From contig KB301608.1 in the NCBI GenBank assembly GCA_000328365.1, positions 59,525 to 123,524 of the forward strand: DNA of 64,000 bases, in the 5' to 3' direction. The DNA is from Capitella teleta. Its lineage: Eukaryota. The stretch's first letter is position 1, and each line of letters starts with the position of its first letter. Shown here one piece after another: positions 1 through 14,188 of the stretch. A program made the position numbers and the translations under genes. A model generated the notes under the pieces. That model ran no database searches. It was given only the letters and a program-made list of their open reading frames with translations, and was not told where the DNA came from.

Positions 1-593
1 CCCAGGACCGTATATTTTACACAACCGTAGAAGCGTTACGTAATGACACCTTGAATGCCGAGAAATTCTTCTTTTATATATATACGACAATGAGGAGAAA
101 ATCGCGAAACAAGCTGTAAAAGATGTCGAATTAATTTAACGCGCAACCAAAATAACATTACACCCTTGTTGACACAAGAATTAGTTTTTCTATTTAACAG
201 AAACTTGAATTACTATTGTACGCGTGTACGAATTAAATAAATTAATTGACAATATTATAGCATAAATGATTTTTTTTTTTTTTTCCTTCAGATTCCTACT
301 GCCGCCCGACCAACACGGAAACACCGCCGAAGCCATACCTGCAGAAGGTCAACTCGAATGACTTTGAAATCGTCGCCCGACACAACATGGAGACGCCGAA
401 CCTCCACCCAAAGCCAATAACGAAAAGCCAACGAATCGCCAACAAGTTGAAATTTAGACACCAACGGAGATCGAATGTTCCCGAAACGCTGTGGATTCAA
501 TGAATACTTCCTGCTCGACTAGTGACTCCTCTTGCCAGTATAGAGTTATTGACTGACGATGTGAAAATCTCTAGTCACGCACAACAAAAACTG

Positions 594-620
594 AAAAAAA
601 AAAAAAAAAAAAAAAAAAAA
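594..620. repeat. poly(A) tract (A27)
   Basis: Seen directly in the sequence. The overlapping ORF 522-779 with a poly-K run is an artefact of this tract. Confidence 0.95.
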
Positions 621-3600
621 CGTGACTCGAAAACCACATGGTGCTTATCGGTGGAATGTACCCGGTCACGATCATCCTTTTATGTGTACAGTCTTCCGTA
701 TAACTTTTTTTTCGTTTTCTCTAATGCCATAGAAGTGGTAATATCCATACTATCATTGTGTGTATGCCTATATGTATGACTTTTAATATTTATGTCTCAT
801 AGTGTATAACTCGAGAAACGTCTGCGTTCGTACGAAGCAGCCACGTGCGCTAGCGTAGGCCTATAGAAACGGTATTTATTATTTTAGTACCAACAGTATT
901 GTCACAACACATATTGCTATGTATTATTTGTATTATTATATGAATGTCGAAACTAAACATGTGATAGTTTGTGGCGTTCAAGAGTTGAAAATAGAAGCGT
1001 CACGAAAGAAAACGGTGCTGACGAAATCAAAAGAATAAATTATGTTAATTAATCATGATTGCCTTATCGTTCTCTCTCTCTAGCCACCTTCAAAGGTCAA
1101 AGGGGAGGGGGGGGGGTTCTTTAACACGACTCCTACCGATTTAGGCAGACATGCGAAAAGCCATGTACATTGTTCAGGTATTTGAATAAATCCTGCCAGC
1201 GCTTACCTGTCTTCAACCACCCTTTTATATACTTGATTAAACGGTGCGGTAACAATGGCACTTACTTAGTAGTAGCTATTGTAAGAAAAAACGCCGCAGA
1301 TCAAAGGAAGGTTGCGCCACCAGATGTGTATGACCTAAAAGGCTGGCTATACAAAGGGTGCGTAACAAGTCGTAGTATTCTACTAAATATTAAATACGTG
1401 AAGTAGAGATTCATTAACGATCAATTGAATCGAATGGCCGAGTGGGGGCGTGCACGGGGAGCGGCCAAGCGAGCCTATCGGGACCGCAAATTCCACTTGA
1501 TTAATGCTCTCAGGACTAAATCGAGTGGATCGGCCGCCCAGAAGGACATCCACTAGTTGGCTGTGAAAAATGGATTTGAAACAGGGCGGGTAGGGGGAGG
1601 GGGGTGGGGAGGTCACGTCACAATGCAACTAAGAAAGGGGTCATGACCTTCCGTCTGGAGACCCCCAGTCGAGGGAAGACCTGGCCTTTTGTGCATGCAC
1701 GAAATGGGATAACAGGCTTTGTTGGGATTTGGGGGAAAGCTGCATAGACAACGAGTTTAACTTTTAAATATTCGGCTGCTCGTCGCCGCCATTATGATGC
1801 ATGGGTTGACTGTGGAATTAGAGACCGTTATGAATTGCATGGTTGTGTGACACGTTCGCTGAGCTGTGCAAACGATTTTTAAAAAACTGATTTCACCATT
1901 ACTCACTCTGGGCACAAAAGACACACTAAAGGCGAAGAAAGTCATTAAAGCATAAAATATCAGAGTGCGGGTGCTCTACTCTGCTAATGGATGATTATGG
2001 GGCAGCTTAGCGTGCGGGCCATGTAAGATTGCGTAATAATTCAAATTGCATTATAACCGATGGCAATTCTTACGAGGCACAATCGAGATTGCAATCCCGC
2101 ATAAATTATCGATTTGACAATTGTGTGAAGTGTGAATGACCCGTTCGCAAGTTTGCACTAAAGCATGTCGCTTAAGACAACACCAACAGAATTAGTCGGT
2201 AAAAGAATCCTAGAGTTCGTTGCTATAAGACAAAAAAACAAAAACGAAAACAAAAACGCAATGAATTCGCATGACAAAGAATATTCGCAGTAGCGATCGA
2301 ATTTCGACCGAGTTTCGAACGTCACGACGGTTTCATTGAATCAATTACGATGTTGTTTACAATTGGAGGCGGAGCCAAATACCCAATTAGTAATTACAGG
2401 ATCTGCGGACAAAAGATATAAATCGCCTTTTGCCAACGAGTTCTTTTCAGCGAAAACAACAGGCGACGAGATTGGCGTTTTGTGAAGAGCTGGAATTTAA
2501 AATCGGACTCAACAAATTAACTCGTTTATAAATCCGATTTCAACATCCGGGCCTTCTTCTAGGGCAAACGGGCCGATCACCTGAGTGGTTTTGTTTTCAC
2601 ACGTACACTTAATTAGAAGGTAGCGTGGTAACTAATGACAACTATGGTTCGAAAAACGTGATATCGACATAGAAACCAACATTACACGTATTTAGACAGC
2701 ACGCAACATCGCATGAGAAGCGGATAATTACTAGTAGGTACTCGTGAAGTATATCAGAAATTCCATGGTGGCAAAATTACAACCGGGCCGGGTCATTCAC
2801 CACATCGTGGAAATCATGCTTCATTTTTGAATGAGGTCGTGATACAATGAGCCTATTACACAACAAAATAATTGGAATACTAAAGTGATATGGCCAGGGA
2901 TATGGGCGGACGGGAAAACCGTTACATCATTCGCGAATTCCATTGTTAAATTATAATGAAAGCCTGGAATAGCATGCATACAAATGTGTCATCATCACCT
3001 CCTCAGGTAAGTGAATGAAATGAACGCCAAGGCGCGAAAAACCGAAAAGGAAAAGGAGGGTTATTAAAAGAAATATTCAAATGGAGGATTTTGAATATGG
3101 ATAAAATATTATTCATGCCTACACGATCATTAACAATAAGACTTGGGATGAGGGCCAAATAATGTGATGCAATTATATATGAAATAACAGCGGTTTAAGA
3201 TTGCATAATATTCAAAACATTCATCGAACGGAAGCACATGTAAAGTAAGGCGGAACAATATAATCTACATCTACTAGTATAATTCATCTTGAATCTACAT
3301 GCATAAATTAATTATGCTAATGAGCAAATTCACAAATTGTGTGCAGTTGGCAACCAAACATTCTTTCTAGTGATGGTTATCAATGGGTCCAAAAGGTTGG
3401 AAGTGAGAACCCGTCAATCCTAATGGCAGGGGACATCCGTTTGGTTAGTGATCTGAATATCACAGTAATAATCCTCATAATAATAAGTCTATAACCAAAT
3501 AATAATAAATGTGCTCTTCCTATCGCAGTAGCTCTTTGGCATAGAATAATGAAGTAGATTAATTTTGAAGAAAGAAATTTGATACAAACTTTGGACCCTA

Positions 3601-4133
3601 CACCAGCTATACTATATATTATGTATATGGTGACATGATGTTCATTTGCTTCCGCCATATAGCTTGCATGCATGTAGAATGATGTGTGGGGAAGATAGAA
3701 AGATGTATTTCATGCAAGAAAATATCAAAGATTCAATGGTTATAATTTATAAGTAAAATGTTAATTTTGAGGACAATTACGGTCATGAATTCAAGTCCTT
3801 TTGGGGGAGAAATGAGTATATTTGCAATCTGAATATAAATAATGCGACTCACTCGTCTGGCGTGTTAGACGTGTTGCTGTCATCTAAACTCTCGGCATGA
3901 ATTTCTCCGATTCGCATGTGCGAGATCTCGAGCGTCCTGAAGAGAATAAAAACATGATAGCACAACAGATCTGAAATCTGATTGGCTTATGCACCTGGGT
4001 GAATCAACGAGGTGTCGCAGTAGGAAGCAGGAAGGCGTAGGGGCGTAGGATGTTGTAAATATGGAGTAGATATAGGATTTGCCCTCAAAATCCTTGCTCA
4101 TTCTTCAAATGAAATTGTCATAAATTGTCAAAC

Positions 4134-4865
4134 TCATAGCCAATGACTTACTGAGAAATTTTTGGGTGAAAATCGTTTGCACTGAAAATTCAAGGAAGAA
4201 ACAGTGAATAAATATTTTGCTGCTGTGGGAACTGACCTTGGGATTTGACCCAAATCAGAGACATGAAAACAAGTCAGCAATGAGCCAACAACATCCTGAA
4301 AAAAAGATTCAGTTATGCAGATGAATGTTGATTGGAAGCAACTCACAGCGCACTTGGATAGCGATTGTTCAACAGATTCAACCAACATATCGTAAACTTG
4401 GAGCAAGGATTTGTTGCTGTGCATTGGATAAATCAGAGCACTGTCTGTAAATGGGTAAAGTTCTTTGGTCAGTTTCATGGATGACGCAAACATCTCAATA
4501 CCTTTTAACGATGTGTTTTCATTAAGAAAAGCCACCCATGGATTAGCACTGTTATCAGGAGGATCGGTCAGGTCTTCATTCTTCAAATACTGAGAAAATA
4601 TTTGAAATGCATAATCATGAAAGTTAAAACATTCTAATCCCGCACTTGTCCGACTTTCTCCAGTTTGAATCCTGTCTTCTGCTCGTCGTAATCTTGAGTG
4701 AAATTTTCCTTCAGAAACTGCGCCACGAAATTCAGGTCCTGCTGCGTCATCTACAAACACAGCAATCATTTTATGAGTAGAATTTCCACCACTAACCTTG
4801 CTCAATTCTGGCGGAATAGGTTCATCACACAGCCGCTGGATCACTAAAATGAGCACAAATCTCAC
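4134..4865 (-). CDS. Uncharacterized 243-aa ORF (possible terminal exon or separate small gene)
   Basis: Longest ORF in the region. It contains a BC-box-like 'LVIQRLCDEPIPPEL' near its N-terminus. Internal acceptor-like sites (ttttctcag at ~4600) suggest it may be spliced. There is no recognisable family. It could belong to the gene at 5005-6941 or be a spurious ORF. Confidence 0.2.
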   Translation of the reverse strand: MRFVLILVIQRLCDEPIPPELSKVSGGNSTHKMIAVFVDDAAGPEFRGAVSEGKFHSRLRRAEDRIQTGESRTSAGLECFNFHDYAFQIFSQYLKNEDLTDPPDNSANPWVAFLNENTSLKGIEMFASSMKLTKELYPFTDSALIYPMHSNKSLLQVYDMLVESVEQSLSKCAVSCFQSTFICITESFFQDVVGSLLTCFHVSDLGQIPRSVPTAAKYLFTVSSLNFQCKRFSPKNFSVSHWL

Positions 4866-5004
4866 ACAAGTTTAAATATTCTCAGAATTCTTTACCAACA
4901 TATAACCATCGAAAGAACGCCTTGAAGTTTTTCATGCTTCCATCAATGACCCTGGTGATAATATGAAATTCAGAGATTAGCGATCAGTGATTAGCAGTCA
5001 AAAT

Positions 5005-6941
5005 TCACTGTTGAAGTTCGCTCGCTGTGAGCATGAAACATCCAGCAATGGAAACAGCTTCCTGAAGAGTCGAATGACACAAGCCAAGAACGCCAAATTT
5101 GTCCGGCCACAAAGACATACCGCGCAGATCACACAGATGGTACACAATCGACTGACCAACGCTGCAAAAATAAGGAAAAATGGAGCAGAGGAGCTGGAAT
5201 GAAAGAACATTCCAACCTCTGAAGATGTTTCATCACCAGTTTCTGAATGTTAGAATACGATGTTTCAATGGAAAGACCAAGTTTCTTCAATCCCTGAAAA
5301 GCAACTCATCACTGAGAGTTAGCAATTATGTAACACGGTACTTTGTCTGTGAGATCCTGGAGAAGGAAATCCTTAAGCTCATCACTGTGTAAAATATGAA
5401 GGTCATTGAAGGAAAAGAGAGAGTTGAAGGTCGTCACCTTGGCATGCCGAGCATTAGCAGACGAAGGAAGTCGTTGCTAACAGATCCAGAGCACGCTTTC
5501 TGTTTTATGATATTGATATTTTAATAACCTTGCCATACACAAGCTCTCTAATTTTCTCTTACATGTTTCTCCTCGGCAAATTTCAACAGTTTGGAATCAA
5601 CTTCAAGGAGAATGTCTTCCCAAGCCTCTGACATTTGGTGAATAGTTGAATCTAAATACTTAGTTATAAAGCAAAATTATCAATCACAATTCATTTGCAT
5701 ATTAATTAGACATACTCCCAGCAGAGATAACATTTGTCCAAATTTCAGAGCAAGGATCCTGACTTCACGGTGATGCGACGCTAACAAAGTGCTGTCGTAC
5801 TGAAGAAAAACGTAATTCAGTCAAAGTTAAAATTAAATAAATGAATCACAGCTAGATATTTCAGTCTACGAGAGCTATCGGATTGCTCCTCCTCAACAAC
5901 CAAGGACAGAACGGAGAGATTCTTTGACAACTGAGTCCCATGTACTTTTCCCAGACCCTGGAATGACAATCAAGTAATAATTTGCAAATTAATACTAGTA
6001 AATAAGTAAATGAACCTGTACTTCTGCCGAGTCATTCAATTTCAGCACACACAATGGGAATATTCCGTACGCAAATAAATGAACTTGCGAAGTTGTTGTA
6101 CCAATAACCAGCACATTCAACCTATTGAAAAAAATTAACTGTAATACTCAGTTGTTTCATTTTACGCAAAACACAAACTCTGTTTGACCAAAGAGTTTTT
6201 TTGAATCCTCTGCACCATCCTCTCTGATATAAATAAAAAGAAATTGTCAGCTCAGTGAAAATTGATCTTTATTCTCCATATAAACATACCCTGGTGATTT
6301 CCTCAAACCCGTGAACCTGCAAGTAAATTTGAAAAATAATTCAAATAAGCTTAGAGCCTAACCCTAATTATACATACGCTTTGGAGAATGGAGGCAACTT
6401 GGGCAGGAAGTGAGACGACAAATCCTGGAAGCAATCCCTCGGCTCGTTTTCTCCAGCCGGTTGCTCCACCGGATCCTCTGAATCCCAGGATAGAGACGTC
6501 ACATCCGCATGGATTTCCAGGGTGTGAAGAACAGAAGAATCCTCAACATTACAGAGAAGCACAGTGCCATTCTCACAACTAACGGCTAATACTGTTGAAT
6601 TGGTAAGAGAAGCCAATTCATGGTATGTTATATGGCATGACACCACAAACCTTTGCCATCTGGTCTCCATGCCAATCGCACAGCTTTGGCGTCATCAGAA
6701 GATGGGGTCATCGTCCAGACTTTTTGCCATGACAACCGGTACACAATAACCTTGAAAGGGACAGTGAGAAAACTTTGATACTATAGGAGGAATTGTCACA
6801 CTTCTCCATTGGCGTTGGCAGTTGCCAGCAGGTCCATTTTGGGCGACCAGACCATGCAATGAATTTCAGACGACACATGCTTCTCCTCAACATGCCGAAA
6901 AGAGGATGGACTGCTTTCAGGCATCTTCTACACACACACAC
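5005..6941 (-). CDS. Uncharacterized multi-exon gene (partial model; LRR-like exons)
   Basis: Several short minus-strand exons show good GT-AG boundaries. One is ~5556-5645, 'STIHQMSEAWEDILLEVDSKLLKFAEEKH'. Another is ~5340-5384, 'DELKDFLLQDLTDK'. A third is 5217-5293, 'GLKKLGLSIETSYSNIQKLVMKHLQR'. The last is 5005-5160, '...SIVYHLCDLRGMSLWPDKFGVLGLCHSTLQEAVSIAGCFMLTASELQQ*'. The leucine spacing suggests LRR-like repeats. I recognise no ortholog. Confidence 0.3.
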
Positions 6942-9900
6942 AAAAACATTTCAGAAGAAGAAAAAAATTTGGGATATCTCAGAAAATATAGTGGTTTTTT
7001 TTAATATCAAAATCCTAATTCTACTATTAAAGGCACTTAACAATAATAGTCAAGGAGATTTAAAGCTTTAACTGAACTATGTTCTCACATGCAGTTTCAT
7101 GTACCCATGCACAACATGTATATGCTTAATACAAGTGTCAAGCGGACTGAATACAGCAAGTTAGAGAGCATTTATAATAAAGCTATTAATCACCCTGACT
7201 CAAATGCTGACCCTTCATGCAATAAAGGAAACTTCCCCAAATTAAAAACCCCATCAAAAGAAACTCAACAACTGAGCTGGGACTTAAGCTGCCCACTCAG
7301 CTGAGACTTGATTCACTTCAGAGCATTCCTCTGTGCTTAAGTATCTCAACCAATCAGCGAGGAGATCCCAGGGGAATTAATGCCTATGATTTCTCTCTCT
7401 CAGATGGGAAAACCACCGAATTATAATCACTTTGATCAACACAAGGGGAGCCACAGCCAGAGAGACATATTTTAATATAAAAATCTCAAGAGAGATTGTC
7501 TTTGTGAGAATTTTTTTCATTAAATTCTCATTAGATTCACTTTTATGATTACAATGCATATACTGTTGAGTACTTATTTGTGAATAGGCACACTTATGCA
7601 ATTACAACTATTATAATAATTTTAGATACCAATTATATGATAATTGCCTAAATTTTTCTATTCCCTGAGACCGGAAAAGATAATTTATTGGAGTTTAACC
7701 GTCAGATATTTATTATTACACCTCACTTAGAATTATTGATGACCTCCATGAATTCACCTGTAGGTCACTCAAATTAAACTGGCCCCCTACTCATTCTTAT
7801 GTGGAGTTGCATCATTAAGCATAAGTCAATTTGATAATCTTGCATCATTTAAAGAACAATTTCTAGGATACGGAAAAGTTTTCTTCTTTTCATTCAATAA
7901 TTTCAAATCCAAGCACTTGCCAAGAGGTGAAGAATAGAAAATGATTACGCAATAGACAAGTGATGTCTCAAAACTATGGAAACTTATGGGAAATTATATT
8001 GCAAGGAGTTGGTTTGTTTAGATCAAAATTAGGTCACATTCACAAGTTAAAAATTTTGAATTGGTTTCCTCACACGTCATAATTGAGTAGTAATTAGTAA
8101 ATTTGTGAGAAATTAACAGATATAAAAAGAGATCAATGAGTCATGTGTTAAAATTGACAGGTTTTCACTGATAATGACTACATGATTCTTATTTCTGTTG
8201 ACATTTTAATGAGAAGTTATAAACTTATAATTCTGACAGTTAAATGAAAACGCAATGTTCAGTTAACAGCTCATCAGAATGGATTCGTTATGCATGGAAC
8301 TTGAGGATCTTTAAGAAACTGTGATAACACATTTTTCATGGAAAAACATATGAGAAATACCAAAGTAAATACATGCAAATCAATAATATAACCAGACAAT
8401 CTAGCTTTATTCCAAAATAATCAGAATAAAAACATTCAGACAATATCAAATTAAATATTAAAAAGAGGGGTGGTGAGGTTGTGGGTGTGTACAGTGCTCG
8501 AAATAAGCTAAAAAGTTTACTCGCCACGTGCCAATGATGGAAGCAACGATTCATGAAATCATCAACCACTGCTACTACATGTCTTATAGTATTCAGACAA
8601 ACTACCAGTATAACATGCCATACCTAATTTGCAACTTGAAGAGATGTGAATGCAGTAAAAACAACAGCGGCACCACAATTAACTCGTCAGATCTGGCGTC
8701 AACATGGCGTCAGCTAATTCAAACTTGCCCGCATGATATTAGGCAGCATGGGCTCAAAGGGTTCAGTTATTTAACTGCGGATTGACCAAAAATCTATTGC
8801 TTGGGGTTGACCATAGAATTTGCCCTTTACATTTTATTAAGAGAGCTATATTTTTACTCGCCATCTGGCTACCATGCTTAATTTTTACTCACCAGGCAGA
8901 ATTTTTACTCGCCATTTACTCGCAATTGTGTCTTATCTTGAGCTCTGGGCGTGTACCTCATGTCCTTTGCAATCTGTGAAAGGTGTACGCGGTGAGGCAA
9001 TTGTGCTTTTACAGGTCTGCCAACACTCGGTTGCGTCACATGGGCGTCAGAGCAGGAACCGAGAACAGGGGCAACCCCTACTCTTCTCTACTGGGGCTAC
9101 CATAGACAGTAACACACAGCGCATGATATGCAGTTGGACTACACTGCAGTGATCAGTGTATTATAACAAATTAGGCCCCAAAATAACTCATAACGCCATG
9201 TGGGCCTTCAACTTGGGACACAGAATTGCAGTCAGATGGTCAAACAGTTTGCAGTATTTTTTTACCATTGGAATATCCGTTGATATCCAGTACTTCATCT
9301 CTCCAAAAATTACTAGATGATTATTTCTGAGTTACAAGTACACTCAACTCTAGAATTACAGTAAATACTGAAATCTACACCATCCACTGGGGAAATAATG
9401 CCCCTACGAAAATTTTTATTCACCGTCCCCTTCACACGCCAGCCCATAGCACCATTCTGGACTGTAGGAATATACAAATATACACCCCCCCCCTCAGATT
9501 TTTCCCTCAGTTTGAAAGTACAGAATTTTGCCCCGACAAAAATAGCATAAATAGTAGACCTACAGGTAAAACACACGATCATCAGTGTTTGATAGATGGA
9601 TGAGTGGGAGTTACCAAGGCAAAGGCCGTAATTAAAAGAACTTTGAGCAATTGGACTTCAAGTTTGATATATATAGACTTGAGTTACTTGATCAGTCAAG
9701 ATTTAAATATGACAATGATTGATTGAAGTGCGATAGATTAATCAGCAAGTACAGGCTGTCACTGCATGACATGCTAAATTAAGACCACATCAAACTGTAT
9801 GCTTAAATGTATTTCATGTATGTAACAAGTATTGTGAATGTTTTTCAATCTCAAAATCATAAAAGTCAGTGAGCTCGTAATCTCCTAATATTGAAAATGC

Positions 9901-10789
9901 TCGAGCTGGACAACAATAACATCTCGACTGAGTTATTCATTGACTCAGTGAGTCAGCCAGTGAGTCCATGAATGCCTTCAGCACCTGAGAATTAATTTTT
10001 CATTACGCAAAAGACGAAGATCTCTCAAGTTAGACTAGTAGGTTACTTCATATTCAGTGACAGTTTCAATATGAAACTCAATAGCTCCTCCAGCCGCAGT
10101 GTGGTGTACACATAGTCATCACTACCCATGGGGAGCTGAACATGTCACGTTATGTATCACTAGTGTCAGTGACTCCACTGTAACTGTGACTGTTTATTCT
10201 GTCCCGGTTATCAGACTTTTGTTACTATAGCCTACTGTGAGTGTGTCACCAACCTAACCATACGTCATTACCGATGATTACACGATTTACGGTCATAGTA
10301 TGATATTGATAGTAGCCTAGTAGGCCTATGAGTATGATAGATGATGATGATAGAACCTATCATCCTATGGCTCAGTAGTAGTACTATGCATTTCCATCAT
10401 ACTCGAGTTGTCGTAACTCAGAAAGATGGACGCAGGCGTAATTGAACATTGAAACTACATAGGTAATAATGACTAATATTATGGTAATAATGACTGACGA
10501 TATCAAACTTCAAAGGGCCAGGGGAAATTCAAAAAAGATCATGGGCGATAATAGAGGGCAATTTCGGAACATACAGATGAGAAAATATTTGAGCAATCGT
10601 AGGTGATCAAAAGACAGCGGCTACCTCGATGAAATCAAATTGTGAGTAATTAAATACACTCTCTGTGACTCTATCTAAATTATAATAACAATAGCGGCGT
10701 AATGAGAGAGAAGAGTCAACACAGACTACGCTTCGGTTGTCAACAAAAGCACGTGTCATGTACGGAGCATTCGCAAGAGGGCGCTGATG

Positions 10790-10836
10790 TCGACCAATGG
10801 GAGGGCTTGACCCATATAGCGCTGACCAATCGGAGT
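10790..10836. promoter_or_regulatory. Pair of CCAAT boxes (GACCAATGGGAGG / GACCAATCGGAGT) 34 bp apart
   Basis: Seen directly in the sequence. The target gene is unknown, as no CDS was recognised nearby. Confidence 0.2.
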
Positions 10837-12899
10837 GCAGCTGACATTTTTCAAGGCACGGCCGCTCTTTTCAAGCTTGGCATTCCCCAGAAGCTTTCAG
10901 ATGGGAAGAGCGCTCCGTGCTGAAAGGATATACTCCCCGAGACATTCTCCCCTCAATCGCTCATAAGCTCCCTCATAACAATTGTCCAAGCATCGATGAA
11001 CGGATTATCAATTCATAAATCATTTGGTGAGTAGCTTTAATGCACCAGGAAATAGAACCATAGGGTTTTGGTTGTTTTCCGACGTTTAATGGTGTATGGA
11101 CCGCCGAGTAAAAGTTATTGCCCCTCCCTGTCCACTGCCCCAGTCGCCTTCGCCGGGCTCCGACACTGCGCTGATTTTGGATGGGGCTTTGTCTTGGGAG
11201 CTGTTCATTCCCTGGATTTTACTATTTTACTAAGTTGGAATGGATTAACCGTTGAACCGTGAATTATTTCTGAAGTTCGTTCAGGATTTCGGCTGTGCCT
11301 TATTTTCTTAGTTATTAATTTATTAAATTATGTGTACTAATTATTTTGTCTATTCTGATGAATGATTAGTGTCTTTGCCATATGACTTCGGGTGTCATTT
11401 CCTTACACATGTCTCATATTATCAGTTGATTGTGCAGTATAATAAGTATTGCAGTTATTACTTAGTGCGGTGTGTGTGTGCGTGCGCTATTCATGGACGT
11501 GGAGAGCTTGTGCAGTTTCAGAGTGTACATTGCCTTTCTACGTTTACCTTCTGCGTGTATGCCTTCGCCAACTTGACCATGGTGTGGCTATCTGCGCAGT
11601 GTGTACAGGTGCAGATTACCATCATTGGGTCACCACCTGACCACTGGTCACGATGATCACACAAGCTGTGACAACGGTGACCGTACAGTACACCAAATCG
11701 CGAAGACTCGCACTTTTGGATACAAGTACTGTAGTGGATGTTTTGGATTGGTGGATGTAATTTATGAAGCTGTTGAGTAATTATTTATTATGAAGGTAAA
11801 CACTATCTTCAGCTCATTTGCTTACCTAGTACTAACTAGGGCAATGTATTCAATACTGACATCTGTTCAAGTACTTTGGTGAAGTTTTGGTTCCAGTTAG
11901 TATGGCAAGTAATGAGGTATTCTTTTCTGTCATGGATTCAAGACATGAAACAGTAATTTGAGAATGTTCGTACTACAGTTTATTAGTGTCCATTCAGTAT
12001 GTCACCGCTTGTGAAGTTTGATTTTATTATTTATTTGATTTTATTATTTATTGTTTCAACCTTGCAAGGGTTCCGCTGTGAATCTGCTTGTTTCGCTGCA
12101 TACCCCAAGTACCCTCCTGTCACCAATTCTTCCCCACAAACCCAAAATGCCCTTTACGACCGTCAAACTCGGCAATTAAATAAATTTTTATTGCGAGTCG
12201 ATATTTTCCCTTCGGCGTTACCTTCAAAGCCGGCTTAAGTCTAGTGTTGTTGCCCCGCGGGAACCATCGACTCGCTCGCTACCTGTTCGCGTGTCTATCC
12301 CTTATCTGGGTGATGTAAGTTACAAAAAGTAGGATTTAAGGGCGTTGTGCTTGTTATTATCTACCCCTGTAATCAAGCCTCACCCAGGTGTTTCAATATG
12401 AAGCCAGACAACAGTAGCTTCGGCTGTTGACTATAATTCGCTGCATGCATTTTCATAAACCTTTGTTGCGCGGCTTTGCTTGTTGAGTGCACCTGTCCTG
12501 TCCTTGGCTTCATTTCGTGGTTTCTGTGAAATTATTTTTATTGTGATTCGCATTTCCTCGGCTGTTTCACGCTCTCATCAAGCGCAGCTGTCAAGACTCA
12601 GAGTTGCGAGATTTTCAAATCTCTTTTCGAGAGACTCCTCGGCGATAACATTGAAAAGAAAAATTATGACAAATGTTTGACATGAGGCCAGCGCCTATTG
12701 GCTGCGTAATGTTTGGGCGCTGCATTCGAAAAAGCTCTCGACCTGAATTCACCCGTCTTTTCTTCTCAAGGGGAATATCGTGATTTAAGAGACATTATTT
12801 TTGTTACTCGTTTGACCGTTCGTTCAAGGTGGGGCACAGTAATGAGGTTTATGGCTTCGCCCTACAATGATGCGTCGTTCAAAGTGAGCAGCGCAGATT

Positions 12900-13860
12900 C
12901 AAATTGCACGTTTTCGGTTTCTCGTTCACAAGTTTCTTCCGCTTATTGCATCGGAAGAGCTTTCCTCCGAGTTCAATTGAACATCTACATCCAGTGCAAT
13001 CAGTCATTATAGGCCTTGAAATCAGGGGGAGGGGGTGTGAAAGCCTTCGGCCGAGCGGTGAGCGGTCATCCGTGCCGGCTTTCACGGCTGGCCACACCCG
13101 CGGAGAGCCCTGCCTTCTCTCTTTCCCTATGTGCGTATCCGCAATCGCGTTACGCCCGTCAATTGCGGTGTTTGCCCGTTCTCACCCTGCATCGACGGCC
13201 AATCTACCTTGATTGCGTAATAGCACTTCTGACTTGGTGTCAGGGCGATGTTATCTTTCAGTGAACGGCGTTGTTCCAACCGCACAGCGTTCGTGTGATT
13301 TGGACATCGGTGTCTGTTTTTTTTTTCTGCGATTAAACCTCGCAACACGTGTGCATTTAGGCCCATTAATTCAAACTCGGGCTCTATGGGACGGCTTATC
13401 TGCAACTCATCCGCCCCGCGGGAGATAAGCGATGGACATTGCGAATGCGGGATGCATTTTTATCTGCACACGATGCGTTTCGCAAATTTACCTCCAGATC
13501 TCTTGTCTTTTGTTTTATTGCATCTCGCCTTTAAGGCGTGATTTTACGACTGCGTTTGAAAGTGTCTGTAGTCGCGGAGGGCGGGCAAGGCAATTTCGCC
13601 AGCATCATGTGTTTCTGATGAAATGAGGTCTCCCGCGGTGGCGCCTCGGCGAAGGCCTTGTACTTAGCCAGCGGGGGAGGAGGGGAGGGGGGTTGTCGTG
13701 GGACGGGGAGGGGGTCGCTCGCACCCGGCGGCCGTGTCCACTCGCCGCGTGTTTTCTCTGATGATTATGAATGTTGTTGTTTTGAATTCGAATGTCAAGT
13801 GCTGTTTCTTCTGGTTTCAGACTGCCGAGCAGAAGCGCCTTGCATGAGACATCTGACCAC
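12900..13860 (+). promoter_or_regulatory. GC/CpG-rich putative promoter and 5' region of ARHGAP19
   Basis: There is a local shift to GC- and CpG-rich sequence (e.g. ggggagggggg, cgcggtggcgcctcggcg) immediately upstream of the first coding exon. This is an inference from composition only. Confidence 0.3.
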
Positions 13861-13869
13861 CCGCCGTCC

Positions 13870-14188
13870 ATGGCTCAGGTCAACTGCAAAGACGAGACGC
13901 GCCTCGTCGTCGAAAGATGCTCCCCTCCCCCCGACCAACACGACCTGCTCAGATTGAAGTCATGCAACGCCGAGAAGCTGCACACGCTGTGCAAGATGCA
14001 CCTCAGCTTCCTGCTCGACCTTCCTGGTAGCTCGTTGGAGCAGTTCCTGGGCGCTGGCAGCTCTGGAGCGTCCGATGACGTCACTCAGGATTCCAACCAG
14101 AAGGTCGTTAGCGACAGCTCCGCGTCGAGCAGCACTGGCGCCTCGCAAGACAAAGCTTCGACGAGGTGGTTCGCGAGAAGAAAGAAAG
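13870..14188 (+). CDS. ARHGAP19: ARHGAP19 exon 1 (start codon 13870; an in-frame alternative start at 13792 is possible)
   Basis: ATG in a ccATGG context. The donor AAAG|gtcggt lies at 14189 and gives phase 1. The exon encodes the conserved N-terminal region. Confidence 0.6.

Noticed and set aside
522-779. ORF with a poly-lysine run.
   Set aside because: It is an artefact of the A27 tract at 594-620, and there is no supporting gene structure.
8516-8930. A short motif TTTTTACTCGCCA occurs four times (8516, 8853, 8886, 8905), and a CCCCCCC-rich stretch lies near 9480.
   Set aside because: Too short and irregular to assign to a repeat family or regulatory element without genome-wide data. Noted only.
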